A stretch of 64,000 bases of DNA from Paragordius varius (lineage: Eukaryota; Animalia; Nematomorpha), in assembly GCA_964247055.1 (NCBI GenBank), contig OZ176055.1, positions 3,224,001-3,288,000 on the forward strand. The letters are read 5' to 3'. Positions 40,907 to 53,100 of the stretch are shown one piece after another. The notes under the pieces were generated by a model. The model worked only from the letters and a program-made list of their open reading frames with translations. It had not been told where the DNA came from and searched no databases. Each line of letters begins with the position of its first letter. The stretch's first letter is position 1. The translations under genes and the position numbers were made by a program.

Positions 40907-41853
40907 CCTGTGTTTTTTTTTGAGGGGGCCAAACAAATTATCGAATACATACATTTACGATTTTGTTGCCATAATAATTATTTTCCCCATGTTTTAAAAC
41001 GCAATACAATTATTATTTTCTTAAGTCAAAAATTGTAAACTTTTGTAATGCATCACAGATTATATACCTGATATCCTTTTGAAATTCTCATTTGTTTTTA
41101 TTTAGTTTGTCATGTGTAATACTGTAAATTTGTGTATATATGTATGTATAACAAATTGTAAATCCGTTTTTTTGATTTTTATTATAAAATCACGCATAAC
41201 TTTTATCTGATAAAAATGTAATCTTTTAGACTCTTTTGTACAAAATTTAAAAGATCAACACGGAATAACTATATGTGCAAATAATAAAGCTTGAATATTA
41301 CTTATAATTTTTATGATTTCTCATTGTTAAATCCATTCCACATTATATATATATTTGAAAGAATCACAATAAAATGACATTTCTGGACCAAAAAAATTGG
41401 ACATTTGTCCATATGCTGCTTTTTAATCAATTTTTAGATTGAACCATTATGGATACTCAATCATGTGCACATAAGTTTTTTTACCATTATTGTATATACC
41501 ACACAAATTAAATTTTCTCCTAATAAATACCTACCTTTGTCATATTAGTAAAAAATTTGAAATATATTTACAGTATAAGTATACATTGGTATTTTTCCAT
41601 TTATTTTGCCACTTATTTTATTCACTTTTTACTATAATTAACCAATAATAATTCCCTTTGCTCTGTATGCTATCTGGCAATATTTAATGAAAAACTAGCG
41701 GTGAATGGTATACTTGTTCTACATACACACATACATATATATGTATTTATTCATTTATTAACAGGCTTAAATTTGTCTTTCAAACAATCTTTCAAATGTT
41801 TGACAATAATATTCTTATTTTGCATTCGGATTTTGGAATCGACCATCATATCA

Positions 41854-43355
41854 TTATCCCTGAGGAGACGACCAACCAGCGGGCTTCTCATAACCTCTTC
41901 CTGTGCCAATCCTACGTGCTAAGTTATAAACTTTAAAATTACTTTCTGTCTGTTCTTGTTGTTTTTGGGCTTTTTCATCTTGACTCTGACCGTGGGAAAA
42001 GTTGAATGGATTTGTTTTCGTACTATTTCGGACTGTTGTGTCATACATAGATGTAGCTGCTAGACGCTTTTTAACATTATTGCTATTTGTTTCATGTTGT
42101 ATTCCAGTAGTGCGTTGTCTTGCCATTTTTTTAGCCCTTGATCCAACGAGTTTTGTGTTATTAACGGTTCTTATAGTATCCAATTTCTTAAACTCCTCAT
42201 TGTAATGTTGATTGATTTTGGCGACTTGTGCTTTGTAAGCGTCTTCATCTGCCTTCATAGATCGTTTAATTTCATTGATTTGGGCCCGTAACTCATCAAT
42301 CTTACTTTTTGTCATATTACGTAATACTTGTCTCATATTCCGTACAACTTTAACCTGTTCTTCACGTTTACGTTTAAGGTAGGCATCTAGGATCTCATCA
42401 GGGACTGGGCCAAATTTCAACGGTTTTGTTGTAACTACTAATTGTTGATTACCATTGTTGTTGCGTGTATTTGATTCATTTTTATGGTTAGGCATATCGT
42501 CATATTCGTTTTGTTCCATGTACGAATCCTGAGAATGTTGATCCATTTGCGGTTGTTCACCATACATTTGCTGCAAAGATTTAGTCGTTTCTAAAACAGT
42601 TTTTGACGATTGAGGAGGAGGAGAAGTTATCAATGCTTTATCATAGGAGGACGGTGTTTGATTATAAGTCAGAAATTCGGATTGTCTTCCATAAGCTGTG
42701 TAGGGCGGATTCGAATTTATGTAATAACTCGGTTTTTGATGATTGTCTTTTATATCTTTATAGGTTATTACACCATTAATCTCTCTCTTTACACGTTTCC
42801 GTATTCGGCTGTATAAATTTGTAAGTATACCGAAAAAAATAAAATATTTACAATGTAAAAAATATATTTAATAGGTGTTTCATTACTTTATAATTTGGGT
42901 TGTGGTATCATTCATATTTTTAATTTTGTTATTTTTATTTTTGGGGTTGTTCGATTCGGTGCCATTGATTAATTTAATGCGGTTTATTTCATATCGAAAA
43001 CTTTTGTAAAACATTCGTAAAGTTCGAACGATTCCTCGTATATACCGTTTCAAGAGGGTATCTAAATTATCCAATTTGCTTTTCCAACTGATTAACACAA
43101 ATAAATAAGTGTGTAAATCAAATATTTTATACTTTAGTAATTGTAGGCTTCCTTCTAGTTCACTGACATTGCCTGGTGTATTTATATCTTTTGATACAAA
43201 AATTGAAAAATTAATTAAGTTGTAATTTATATATTTATATATGGAAAATAGGATATTAAGTTACCTGGGTTTTTCTTTGATTCTGCCGACGAATAGAGAG
43301 GCAAAATAAAAATGGGTAGGATTAAAAATACGGCAATATATCGTACTTTAAACAT
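41854..43355 (-). CDS. Orphan secreted pro-protein A (~433-448 aa)
   Basis: Exons 43355-43265, 43187-43133, 43087-42887, 42808-41854; the 45-nt intron 43088-43132 is in frame and may be coding. Signal peptide MFKVRYIAVFLILPIFILPLYSSA, polybasic RIRKRVKR, Q/N-rich region, predicted coiled coil, basic C-terminus. Confidence 0.75.
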
Positions 43356-44350
43356 GTTTGTCAAAAATTTCACATAATAATTTTCACAAATGGAATTGAA
43401 CTCATGTCAAAACTATTCTTATATATTCCCATATATGCTAAAAGGTAACTGACTAATTTGTTACTTGGCAGGTAAGCACAAGCAAAGGTTCATGACAAAA
43501 GTATGTGACCTCTTTCTGTCTAAAAAAATTTAACGGACTTACTTCTTTTTTTTCTTAAATGTGAACTATTTTATTTCATCAGTCAACAGAGCGAGGCACA
43601 TATAAAATAATGAAAGAAAGGTCAATCATAAATCATTTTATGTGTGAAAATTATGTTTAATAACTGCTTCCTTTAAAGCGTTAAACGAGATTTGATTGAA
43701 ATAAATTTTTACATGATGTTAATTATATTAAGGTAGTAGGAGTAAAAACACATTCTTAAAAACCGATCCCATGCTCATTTGATATTGATATTTGGTTTAC
43801 AGCTTGAATTTAAGCTTTTATAGTTTGGGTTTTTGAGGTTGTAGGAAGTTTAAAAATGTGGGTAAAGGAGTAAAAATTTTAGTTATTTGAAAACTTATAA
43901 AAAGTTTTAACATTCCTATAGTCTAATGAGACTAAATTTAAACTTTATTATAATCAAAGGTCGGTCTTTCGCTATAACCCATTTTTGTAAATTACTCTAA
44001 TAAACTGGAAAAGACCATTTATTTCAATTTTTACAATCATAGGTTTTCTCTCTGCGCGAAAACTAAATGTGCCACTACCCCTTAAACAATAAAAATTTTA
44101 TACTTTTGATTTCAAAATAATTCTGAAAAAAGGGATCACTAAAATGATCCATATATGTGGATTATTTCGAAACATTATTTAATAACTATGATCTCATAGG
44201 ATTTTCTGAATGTTGCATTCATACTAATATATTGTTTATTAGTGTAAACCGCAAATTGACGGCTAACGGAAAAAACCCCTATACTATATTTTTTTATGCG
44301 TAATATATAAAGCCTTTATTGAATCGTATAGCTTCTTAAGTTGGAAATTA

Positions 44351-46026
44351 CAGTCATGTAGACTTTATATTGTTAAAGATTTACTTTTTTTCGTTAATTG
44401 GGTATTAATATTTGGTAAAGAATATAAAAACAAGAGCAATATGGTATTACCATATCATATTCTTTAAAAAAGTAAAAAATGAAGGGAAAGGGCGTCGGAA
44501 ATCTTTGGTAAAAAAATGAAAATACACTAACTACTAACCCTTCACTTAAATTTGATGGATATTTTGTAATGTTAAATTTTGAAAATATTATAGCAATTTA
44601 TTTTATGAAATATTGTTGTTACGTATTTAGATGCGGAATTTTGTGGGTTTTTATCTTTAATAATTTAATAATGGGTATTTTATTTATGATTAATAATTAA
44701 ATTCAATAATTACTATTTTTCAACATGATAAATACCTGTATTAATCGATATTGGTATTATTTTATATAGTTGTTATTAGTAATTAAAATACAGGTTATAT
44801 ATTTGTTGAAATTTAATGGATTGCTTTGTTTTTATGTTATTCATTGTCAATTTTTATGTATTGACATTTTAATCAGGAAAAAATTTCGGTTTTTAAATTT
44901 AGTCAAATTAAATTTTTTTGTTTTTTATTTAACATTGTTAATTGTAATTAATTACTATATATTTGTAAATTTTAAAAAATACAGGTAAAAATGGCGGTTT
45001 TTAACAAATTTCAAATTTAATTTTTTTTGTATCATTGTTATTTGTTATTAATTATCAAATATTTTCGACATTTAAAAAACATGTTAAAATTGCGGTTTTT
45101 TATAAAATTAATAAATTTTTAATGTTTTGTTCAACCTTGCAAATTATTCAAATAATAGTAATTTTTACCTGTATATATCAATGTATCAAAAATATATACA
45201 TAATAAATTAGCGAGGTTGAACAAAACATTAAAAATTTTATTAATTTATTAAAAACCGCAATTTTCACCTGTATTTATTAAAATGACCAAATAAATTAAT
45301 TACAATTAACAATGCAAATCCTAAAATACAAAAACTCAATTTTTATTAAATTTATTAAAAACTGCAATTTTTACCTGTAGTAATTATTAAAATGTCCACA
45401 ATATGTAATTCATTACAATTAACAATCTTAAATTAAAAACAAAAAAAATTAAATTTGACTAAATTTAAAAACCGCAATTACCTGATTAAAATGTCAATGC
45501 ATAAAAATTGACAATGAATAACATAAAAACGAAAACAATCCAAAATCTACTTAAATTTTAACAAATGTATAACCTGTATTTTAATTACTAATATCAACTA
45601 TATAAAATAATACCAATATCGATTAATACAGGTTATCATGTTGAAAAATAGTAATTATTGAATTTAATTATTAATCATAAATAATAAAATACCCATTTAC
45701 TATTTATTAAATTATTAAAGATAAAAACCCACAAAATTCCGCATCTAAATACGTAACAACAATATTTCAAATGTTAACATAAATTGCTATAATATTCTCA
45801 AAATTTAACATTACAAAATATTTATAATTTAAGTGAAGGGTTAGTAGTTAGTGTATTTTCATTTTTTACCAAAGATTTCCGACGCCCTTCCCCTTCATTT
45901 TTTACTTTTTGAAAGAATATGATATGGTAATACCATATTGCTCTTGTTTTTATATTCTTTACCAAATATTAATACCCAATTAACGAAAAAAAGTAAATCT
46001 TTAACAATATAAAGTCTACATGACTG
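44351..46026. mobile_element. Foldback-type palindromic element, TA TSD (Tc1/mariner-like ends)
   Basis: TA|CAGTCATGTAGACTTTATATTG ... CAATATAAAGTCTACATGACTG|TA. Arms ~44351-45140 and ~45213-46026 are near reverse complements, with internal AAAACCGCAATTTT(C/T)ACCTG-type subrepeats. Confidence 0.88.
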
Positions 46027-46049
46027 TATCTCCAAAGCTACGCCATTTT

Positions 46050-46760
46050 TGTATGGCGTGTCAGTTTTAAACCGGTAGACCCCTACCCATAGGCCTATAT
46101 GGAAAAAGCGCTGAGACCATCGTCTCATGGGTTATTCGAAAAAATACCTCAACACTAAATAATCGTTATATGATGGCGTATTAGGGCATAAATGCCAAAT
46201 TAACGGCTAATAAAAAAAAGGCCTCACCTTAATTCCTACATAGTTACGGGTAATATTTCGAACTTCAAATGAGCTCATATTGCATAAGTTTTCTTTAAAA
46301 TAGTTCCAAAACAATGTAATTTCTATATAGTGGCGAGTTTTTGGCGGGTAACTCCCTACCCAGAGGCTGATATAAAAAAAGCGCTTGATTAAAATTTTTG
46401 CCTTATACGGAGAATACCTGGAACCATGATTGATTTCATATGCTCTTATTAGTTTTTGCAAAAATTGCCTCAAAATTAAAAAATCATTCTATGGCGGCGC
46501 ATTTTCAGTGCTGAAGGGCCCAATTAACGGCTAATTTTAAAAAACCGCACGATTTAAATTTTTGCCTCTTTACGGGTAATATTTTAAGCAGCTATTGAAC
46601 TCATATCCCTGATAGGTTTTCTGAAATTTAGCCCCAAAAGCATGCTATTTCGATATGACGGGTCACTTTCTCCTTACTCTGCAGCTATCATCAAAGAAAC
46701 GCTTGGCTAAAATTTTTCCCTTTTAACAGGGAATACCTGGAATCCTTATTGGATTTTTAC
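46050..46760. repeat. Diverged ~320-bp tandem repeat (2-3 units)
   Basis: Recurring blocks AATTAACGGCTAAT (46198, 46521), TTACGGGTAATATTT, AAAATTTTT(G/C)CCTT and GAATACCTGGAA at ~320-bp spacing. Confidence 0.55.
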
Positions 46761-48391
46761 GGTCTCATACCTTGGGCGAAAAATAGATTCAAAAAAATAT
46801 TTTTGTGGACTTTGTTTTTTTAAAAAAATGAAATTTTACGGGGGGAGCGGGTAAAAAGATGGCCTAAATTAAAAAAGCGAGACGACTATGTTCGGCGCGA
46901 TCGAAAATAAGTTAACAAAAATTATATTTAAAATTGAATGGTCCAACACGCTCAAAATTGTCTCAAAGACACGATTTTTGTGGACTTCTGTTTTCAAAAA
47001 AACGCGTTTTTTACACAGGGTGGGCCCGAATTGGGGGCCTAATTTAAAAAAAGGCGAAGCTATTGTCGGAGCATTCATTAATGTTTATATTTTTTCGATG
47101 TTTGGAATTGAATGGGTCTACCGGTTATCCGGAAACAGATCACAAAGCCAGCAATTTCCATTTTTATAAATATATAGATTATCCCTTTATTATGCAAAAA
47201 ATCAGTATTTTCAGTAATTATCCCATTAGGTTATGGTCATAGATGGTCTCGATAAAAAACATTTTCCTTGAAACTAACATTTTGGAATCAAATCTTAATT
47301 TTTTGTATTCTAGATATCATTTTAAAAATCCATTAAAATGACATCCTTTTTAACAAATCCGAGAATGCGCGATTAAATATTGTGCCGACAAAAAAACAAA
47401 TGATTTTTCTAAGGCATTATCGCAAAGGCATTCGACGGTATTTCAACGGTAAATGTATTATATAATACCTACCAAATTGAAGCTCTATTCTACATTTCTT
47501 TAAATAAACGATTGATTTGGAGTTAATTTTTTTTTCAAAATGTTTATAAAAAATATTTTCCGTAAGTTTTTAGACTACATCAATATAAAGTCAATTAATT
47601 TATTCAATGTTATTACACGTAGGCTTGTAAATTAAAGCAACAAGACCTTGACTATGAACGCTACCCAAACTAACCAGTTAAAAAATTCAACATATGTTTA
47701 TCATATGATATAATTAAAAATAAAATTATTAATAATTAAGACTTAAAAATTGTACATTAATTAAATATTTGATATTCATTCTTTATCAACTAACAACATA
47801 TTTGCGCTTAGGGTTATTGACAGGGCCTTAGGAATATTTATATATAAGCATTAATACCGTTGAAACTTTTTGCCGCTTAATTTTCAAGATACGTAAAATT
47901 TGGAAATATTTTACACTGATAATAAAATTTAATCATGGTACGGTTCCCAAGAAATATTTTAATGTTTTTGAGTAATAACGAGCTTTGATATCCCCAATGT
48001 TGTCAAAATAATATAATTTTATATAATATGTATTGAATATTAATTAATGTGCCATTTCAAAATACAAAGGATATAACATATCCATATATTGCATAAGACA
48101 TAAAGTGTAACCTCATTTCGAGCTCATTGAAATTACATTTTTTATAAAATGCGGTCATCTTTCATTTTTTTAATTTAAAACTATAAAAACAAATAAAAAA
48201 ACGTTCTCCAAGTTGTATCAAGTATTAGCCTACTTTTTTTTAAAAAAAAGTTTTACAAAATTTTTAGATATGTAGTATGTTGCAACCAGCATAAATAATT
48301 AAATATACTCGCGTCCAATTTTATTGCCACACATTATTAAATTTTAATTATAGTACGACATAATTATATTTTTTTTTAAATTACAAATAAT

Positions 48392-49924
48392 ATGGGTTTT
48401 AAATTAAAGTCTTCCATAGTTGGCTCACTTATAATATACCTAATATGTGCGATTTCTCACCTATCGATGATCAAAGCTCAAGAAAATTCACCAAGTATCC
48501 TAGAACCTATTAATTCAGCCCAAAGTCATCAAATAACATGTTTAGATGATCAAACCAAGTTGACTTACAGCCTAGGCGATATATGGATAAAATTGGATCT
48601 CTTATGTGAATGTACCAATCAAAATTCCATAGAATGCGATAAGTTTGATTAATTTCTTTTAATTTTTACAAAAACTATTTTGAAATTTTTGCAAAATATA
48701 CATGTGATTTATATGATAACCTTAAAAATCACCCACATAATATACAAATGTTATAAAGTTAGAATATAGGTTTCTCCTAAATTAATTTTTTTTATCAATT
48801 ATAGATACGAACCGGAGTCCCTTAACGCAAGTGACAGTAATGAAAGCAATATTAACAATGGTCCAAAGGTTGAAATAAGTATCGACCAAGACTTGGATAT
48901 TGATGAGGTATCATCAGACCTTACTGAAGACTTGAATGAAACTGATCAAGACTTGGATAATGTTAATGATATCGCCGCAAACCCAGACTCAAGCAATAAT
49001 GAGCCAATCTTGGATAAAAAAGAGTTTTTAAACAGCTCAAATGAAGGTGGTATAAAACAAGATTCATTACCATTGGATGATTTGAATTATGAAGATGCGT
49101 CAGACCAAACGAATGAATTTGATAATGATGATGAAGGGGATGAGGAAAGCAATCAAGACGATGATATTCAAGACTCTGAATATACCGATGATCCTGAAGA
49201 ATTAGACCAATCCGAATACGAGGATAAAAATGAGGATAGAAAGCATAATAACAACCGCATAGCAAACCTTAAAAGGGATATAGAAATGGCAAAAGCAACT
49301 TCGTTTCGACAAATCCATCGTTTAAGCAAATTGGGTTCTAACAATAGACAACAACAACAGCATTATGGTATTAATCCACGTCAACGACGTAAGAAACGCG
49401 CAACTTCAGATTTAGATCCAAACGTAATTGATTCACATATGATATCTGAGCAATCCTCCTCTCCCTCAACAAAATCAAAACGTCAAGTAAAACCGGCTCG
49501 CGGTAAATACAACGCAAATAAACGGCAAAGAGCTCAAGCTAAGGCAAACGCCAAAAAAGAACGCCAAATTAAGACACAGAAGAGACGAAAAGAAAAGTTA
49601 GAAAAAATAAAAGCACTAAAACTGAAGAAAGCCGCAGCGGTAGCGGCCCGTCGTCAAAAACTCAAGTTGAAAAAGACCGAGGATTTAAAGCGTAGAAAAG
49701 CACAAAGTGCAAAACGACGAAAATTGAAGGCAGAAAAAATGCGAAAACTCAAAGCACTCCAAGCTACGAGAAAACTCCGGTTCAAGGAAAAGGGTTCTCG
49801 CATACGAGAATTACAAAAAAAAATTTCCGACATCCAAAGAAGCCGCCCTAAACCAGCATCTGCGGTTAAACCTGCCCGAGCTAAAGCCCCTGTGAGAGCG
49901 CCGCGTAAAGTCCCACCAAAATAA
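48392..49924 (+). CDS. Orphan secreted pro-protein B (456 aa): Cys module, acidic region, furin site, Lys/Arg-rich tail
   Basis: Exons 48392-48642 and 48805-49924 join in frame (AA|A). Signal peptide; TCLDDQTKLTYSLGDIWIKLDLLCECT..IEC (4 Cys, FnI/VWC-like spacing); D/E/N-rich block; RQRRKKR; long basic tail. Confidence 0.85.
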
Positions 49925-50193
49925 TGAGTCAAAAATAGGTCCTGGTTGCTATTGTTTCAAATATATACCATTTTTATGTTTTGATCTTCTAAATAATTTA
50001 TATTTAATCAATGATGCATACATACTTTTTGTGACGGGAATTAATAAATTACTGAAATATATTGGCTGATAAAAAAAGTTTTACCAATTGGAAACGATCT
50101 TCTAAAATAATTTATTTAAACTAAATACATTCCAGTAAACATTACAAATTAAATCCCGCAATGTTTATGTGAAAATTCGTTAGCATAATTAAT

Positions 50194-53100
50194 TTATGCA
50201 CGATATGAGGGTTGAATTAATGTTTCATAGGAATTTTCATCGATATCCAACAAAGTGACTATACTGTACTGAATTTCAGCATACAGTGTCCATGTATTGG
50301 TGAGAATATATTGCAAATTCTTACAATGTTCCATTGTGTATTCATTACGTTCGACTAGATTTATATGTAAAAAACGACAAATTTATAAAATTAGTAAATC
50401 TTTGTGGTAAAAAAAACATTGTTGTATAAAATTTTAAAAAGCACACCTAATATGGAATCGGGTATAATTTTATAGATTGATGGTATTTCTTTCCATAACT
50501 CTCGACATAAGCTTTCCAAGGGCTCAACGGAAGCCGATAACACAAGACAGCGTGTCCGGAATTTATTTAGCTCTTTGTAATATCCATCAATTTTGCTTTG
50601 TAGGGTTATTTGTAAGGTTTTCTACGCGTTACCAAACAAAATATATAATTAGAAATAAAATGGTAATTTTAGAAATGATGTGTGATAATACTATAAATTA
50701 ATTAAAAAATAACCTGATTTATCGGTTGAGCTGCAGCAAGTTGACTCAATAGGTGTTCAAAGCTTTGAATCAATTTTTTGACAAGTTTAATAATGCGATT
50801 TATATCACTGTTAAAAGCAATATGAATAAAAAAATGTTAGTGTACAAACTGAAAAATACTATTTTTAACCGAAATAATGATTTTTAGAATTTCCCTCTCT
50901 CTCTCCGATCGTTCATAAATTACTTAAGATAGCCATTTAGAAATTCAAAATTATTAACATTTTACCTATTACACGTCAAATTAACCCTCAAACAATTCAA
51001 TTTTACCCTGAAATGCATTATGTGTTTTTGAATATTATAACCTATATTTTTTATAATTTAAAAAAATAAAATTTCGTTTAAAATAACATAATTCTGAAAA
51101 CATTATAAAGAATTAATTCATACTAATGTTACATTAGCCCGAAACACGTATCTTATTTTTAAAGTGAATAGATTGTTCAAGCGTGAATTTAAACTGTAAA
51201 TGGTATATTATATTAAATAAAAGCATAAAAAAATATAAACCTTAAGGGTTGCATAGGAGTAAGACCGGTCAAATTTGTGCAATTAAAAGTACTTAGGTTG
51301 GGCAAAATATAAGGCTGATTTACCGTAAATGAATTGCTATTCATTTTATTCGTTAAACTATTGAGAAGAATATTGTTGGAGTTAGTCATTTCACTGGGTG
51401 GATTCGAATAACTAAAGGAATCATAAAATAATTTTTGGGTATTTATTGTCTGTAAAATCGTAGTAGAGAATTTCTCATTATCAGGGGGAGTAGTATTTGC
51501 AAGCCTTGTAGTTTCTTTCATAATGGAAGTTAAAAGAATAGAAGCATTCGGTTTATAAGTCAAATTTGGGTTTGAATTTTGTTGTGAAATTTTCCGCCGT
51601 TTACTTGGTGATATGATGGCGGATCTGTGTAATTAAACATTTTATATTTTAAATATATCTTGGATTTATATATAATTATATTTATATAAAAAAATAAATT
51701 TTTATCAAAATATGATTGAACTAAGCGATGCCACAACAAACTTAAGTTATTTTCAATAGTAATTTTACCTTTGGGTTATAAACAAATGCCTTTGTTAATT
51801 ATAATTACATTTTTAGGGATTAAACAGTATTTATAAATTTTTAAATGCTAGTCTGTCATAAATTTAAGGTTAAATTTTTTAGTTTTTGAGACCTCACCAG
51901 GTTTCAGATTCCAAAAAATGATGATTACCTTGCATATGGGGCAAATATTTTAAAACCCAAAAGTTAATTTATAAATTTACCCGTTTTGAACTTAAAATTA
52001 TGAGATGTAATACAGGCAAAATGAAATATGTGGTTAATAATATCGAATGAACAAATAAGCCTAGTGCGAATTTCTAAAGATAATAAAAATATATTACAAA
52101 CAGAAAAACATAAAATTTAAGGTATTTATAATTCTTTTACATATAATAAAAATCATATTTTTGAACCGTTCTCGAATAATTTATTTATGATTAAAAACTA
52201 ATTTTCAATTCCGCCATAAAAACGATTTAGGTTATATGCTTTTCAAAATTGATACGTTATTTATATTAAGTAAAATAAAATTATGAAAAACTTTGCATTT
52301 TCCTGAGGATGTGTTGATAATTTATCGATATATTCTTCTTTAACGGTCGTTTGATGTTTTAAAGGTAATTCATTCACCAAATCTGGAGTATTTAAAGACT
52401 CCTCATTTGTAGGCAAAAATTTATCGCTGCCATGGACGGTTAGGAAATTCAGGTCACCAATGGTTGATATAAATTCAGTCCCTGAAAGTTTGAAAAAATA
52501 TTTATCAAAAAAAGCACACAATAAAGATAAAAATTATACGGACGGACAAAACGTAAAAATATAACGACAAATATTTTTTTAAGACAACCATACTTTTTCG
52601 ATCCGTAATTTTTCCTATATAAACAATTCAGTAAAGCGTATGATTGATTGTGTTAACAATATACATCTCTATTCCATAGTTTATTAAAAGATAAAATTGT
52701 ATTTAAAAAAAATTTATCCTAATATTTTTACGTTTTGTCCGTATTAATTTATATAGGAAACCATTCATATAGCTCTACAAAAATACATTAATAAAAACTA
52801 TAGATTTGATGTGCTACTTTTTTTATCTAATATTAAAAAAGCAATTCCTTTTAGATCTGCGGTTCGGGTACCAGATAGATAATAGATCCTGTGTTAAATT
52901 CATTTTGAACTACGGTATGCATTTTAATGGCTGCTTATTTCACACTATAGTAGGGCATTATGCCTACACAGGAGTTTATGGAAAAAGAAAGGAAATATTT
53001 TATTGAACATTTTGTGGTTTTTCCATATACTACTATGTTGCAAATTTGCCAACTATAGTGTAAGGTATGCAACCATTAAAATGCATACTAATAGTAATTT

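Noticed and set aside
43088-43132. 45-nt candidate intron in orphan protein A
   Set aside because: In frame and stop-less with no homolog to arbitrate, so it was excluded from the micro-intron set.
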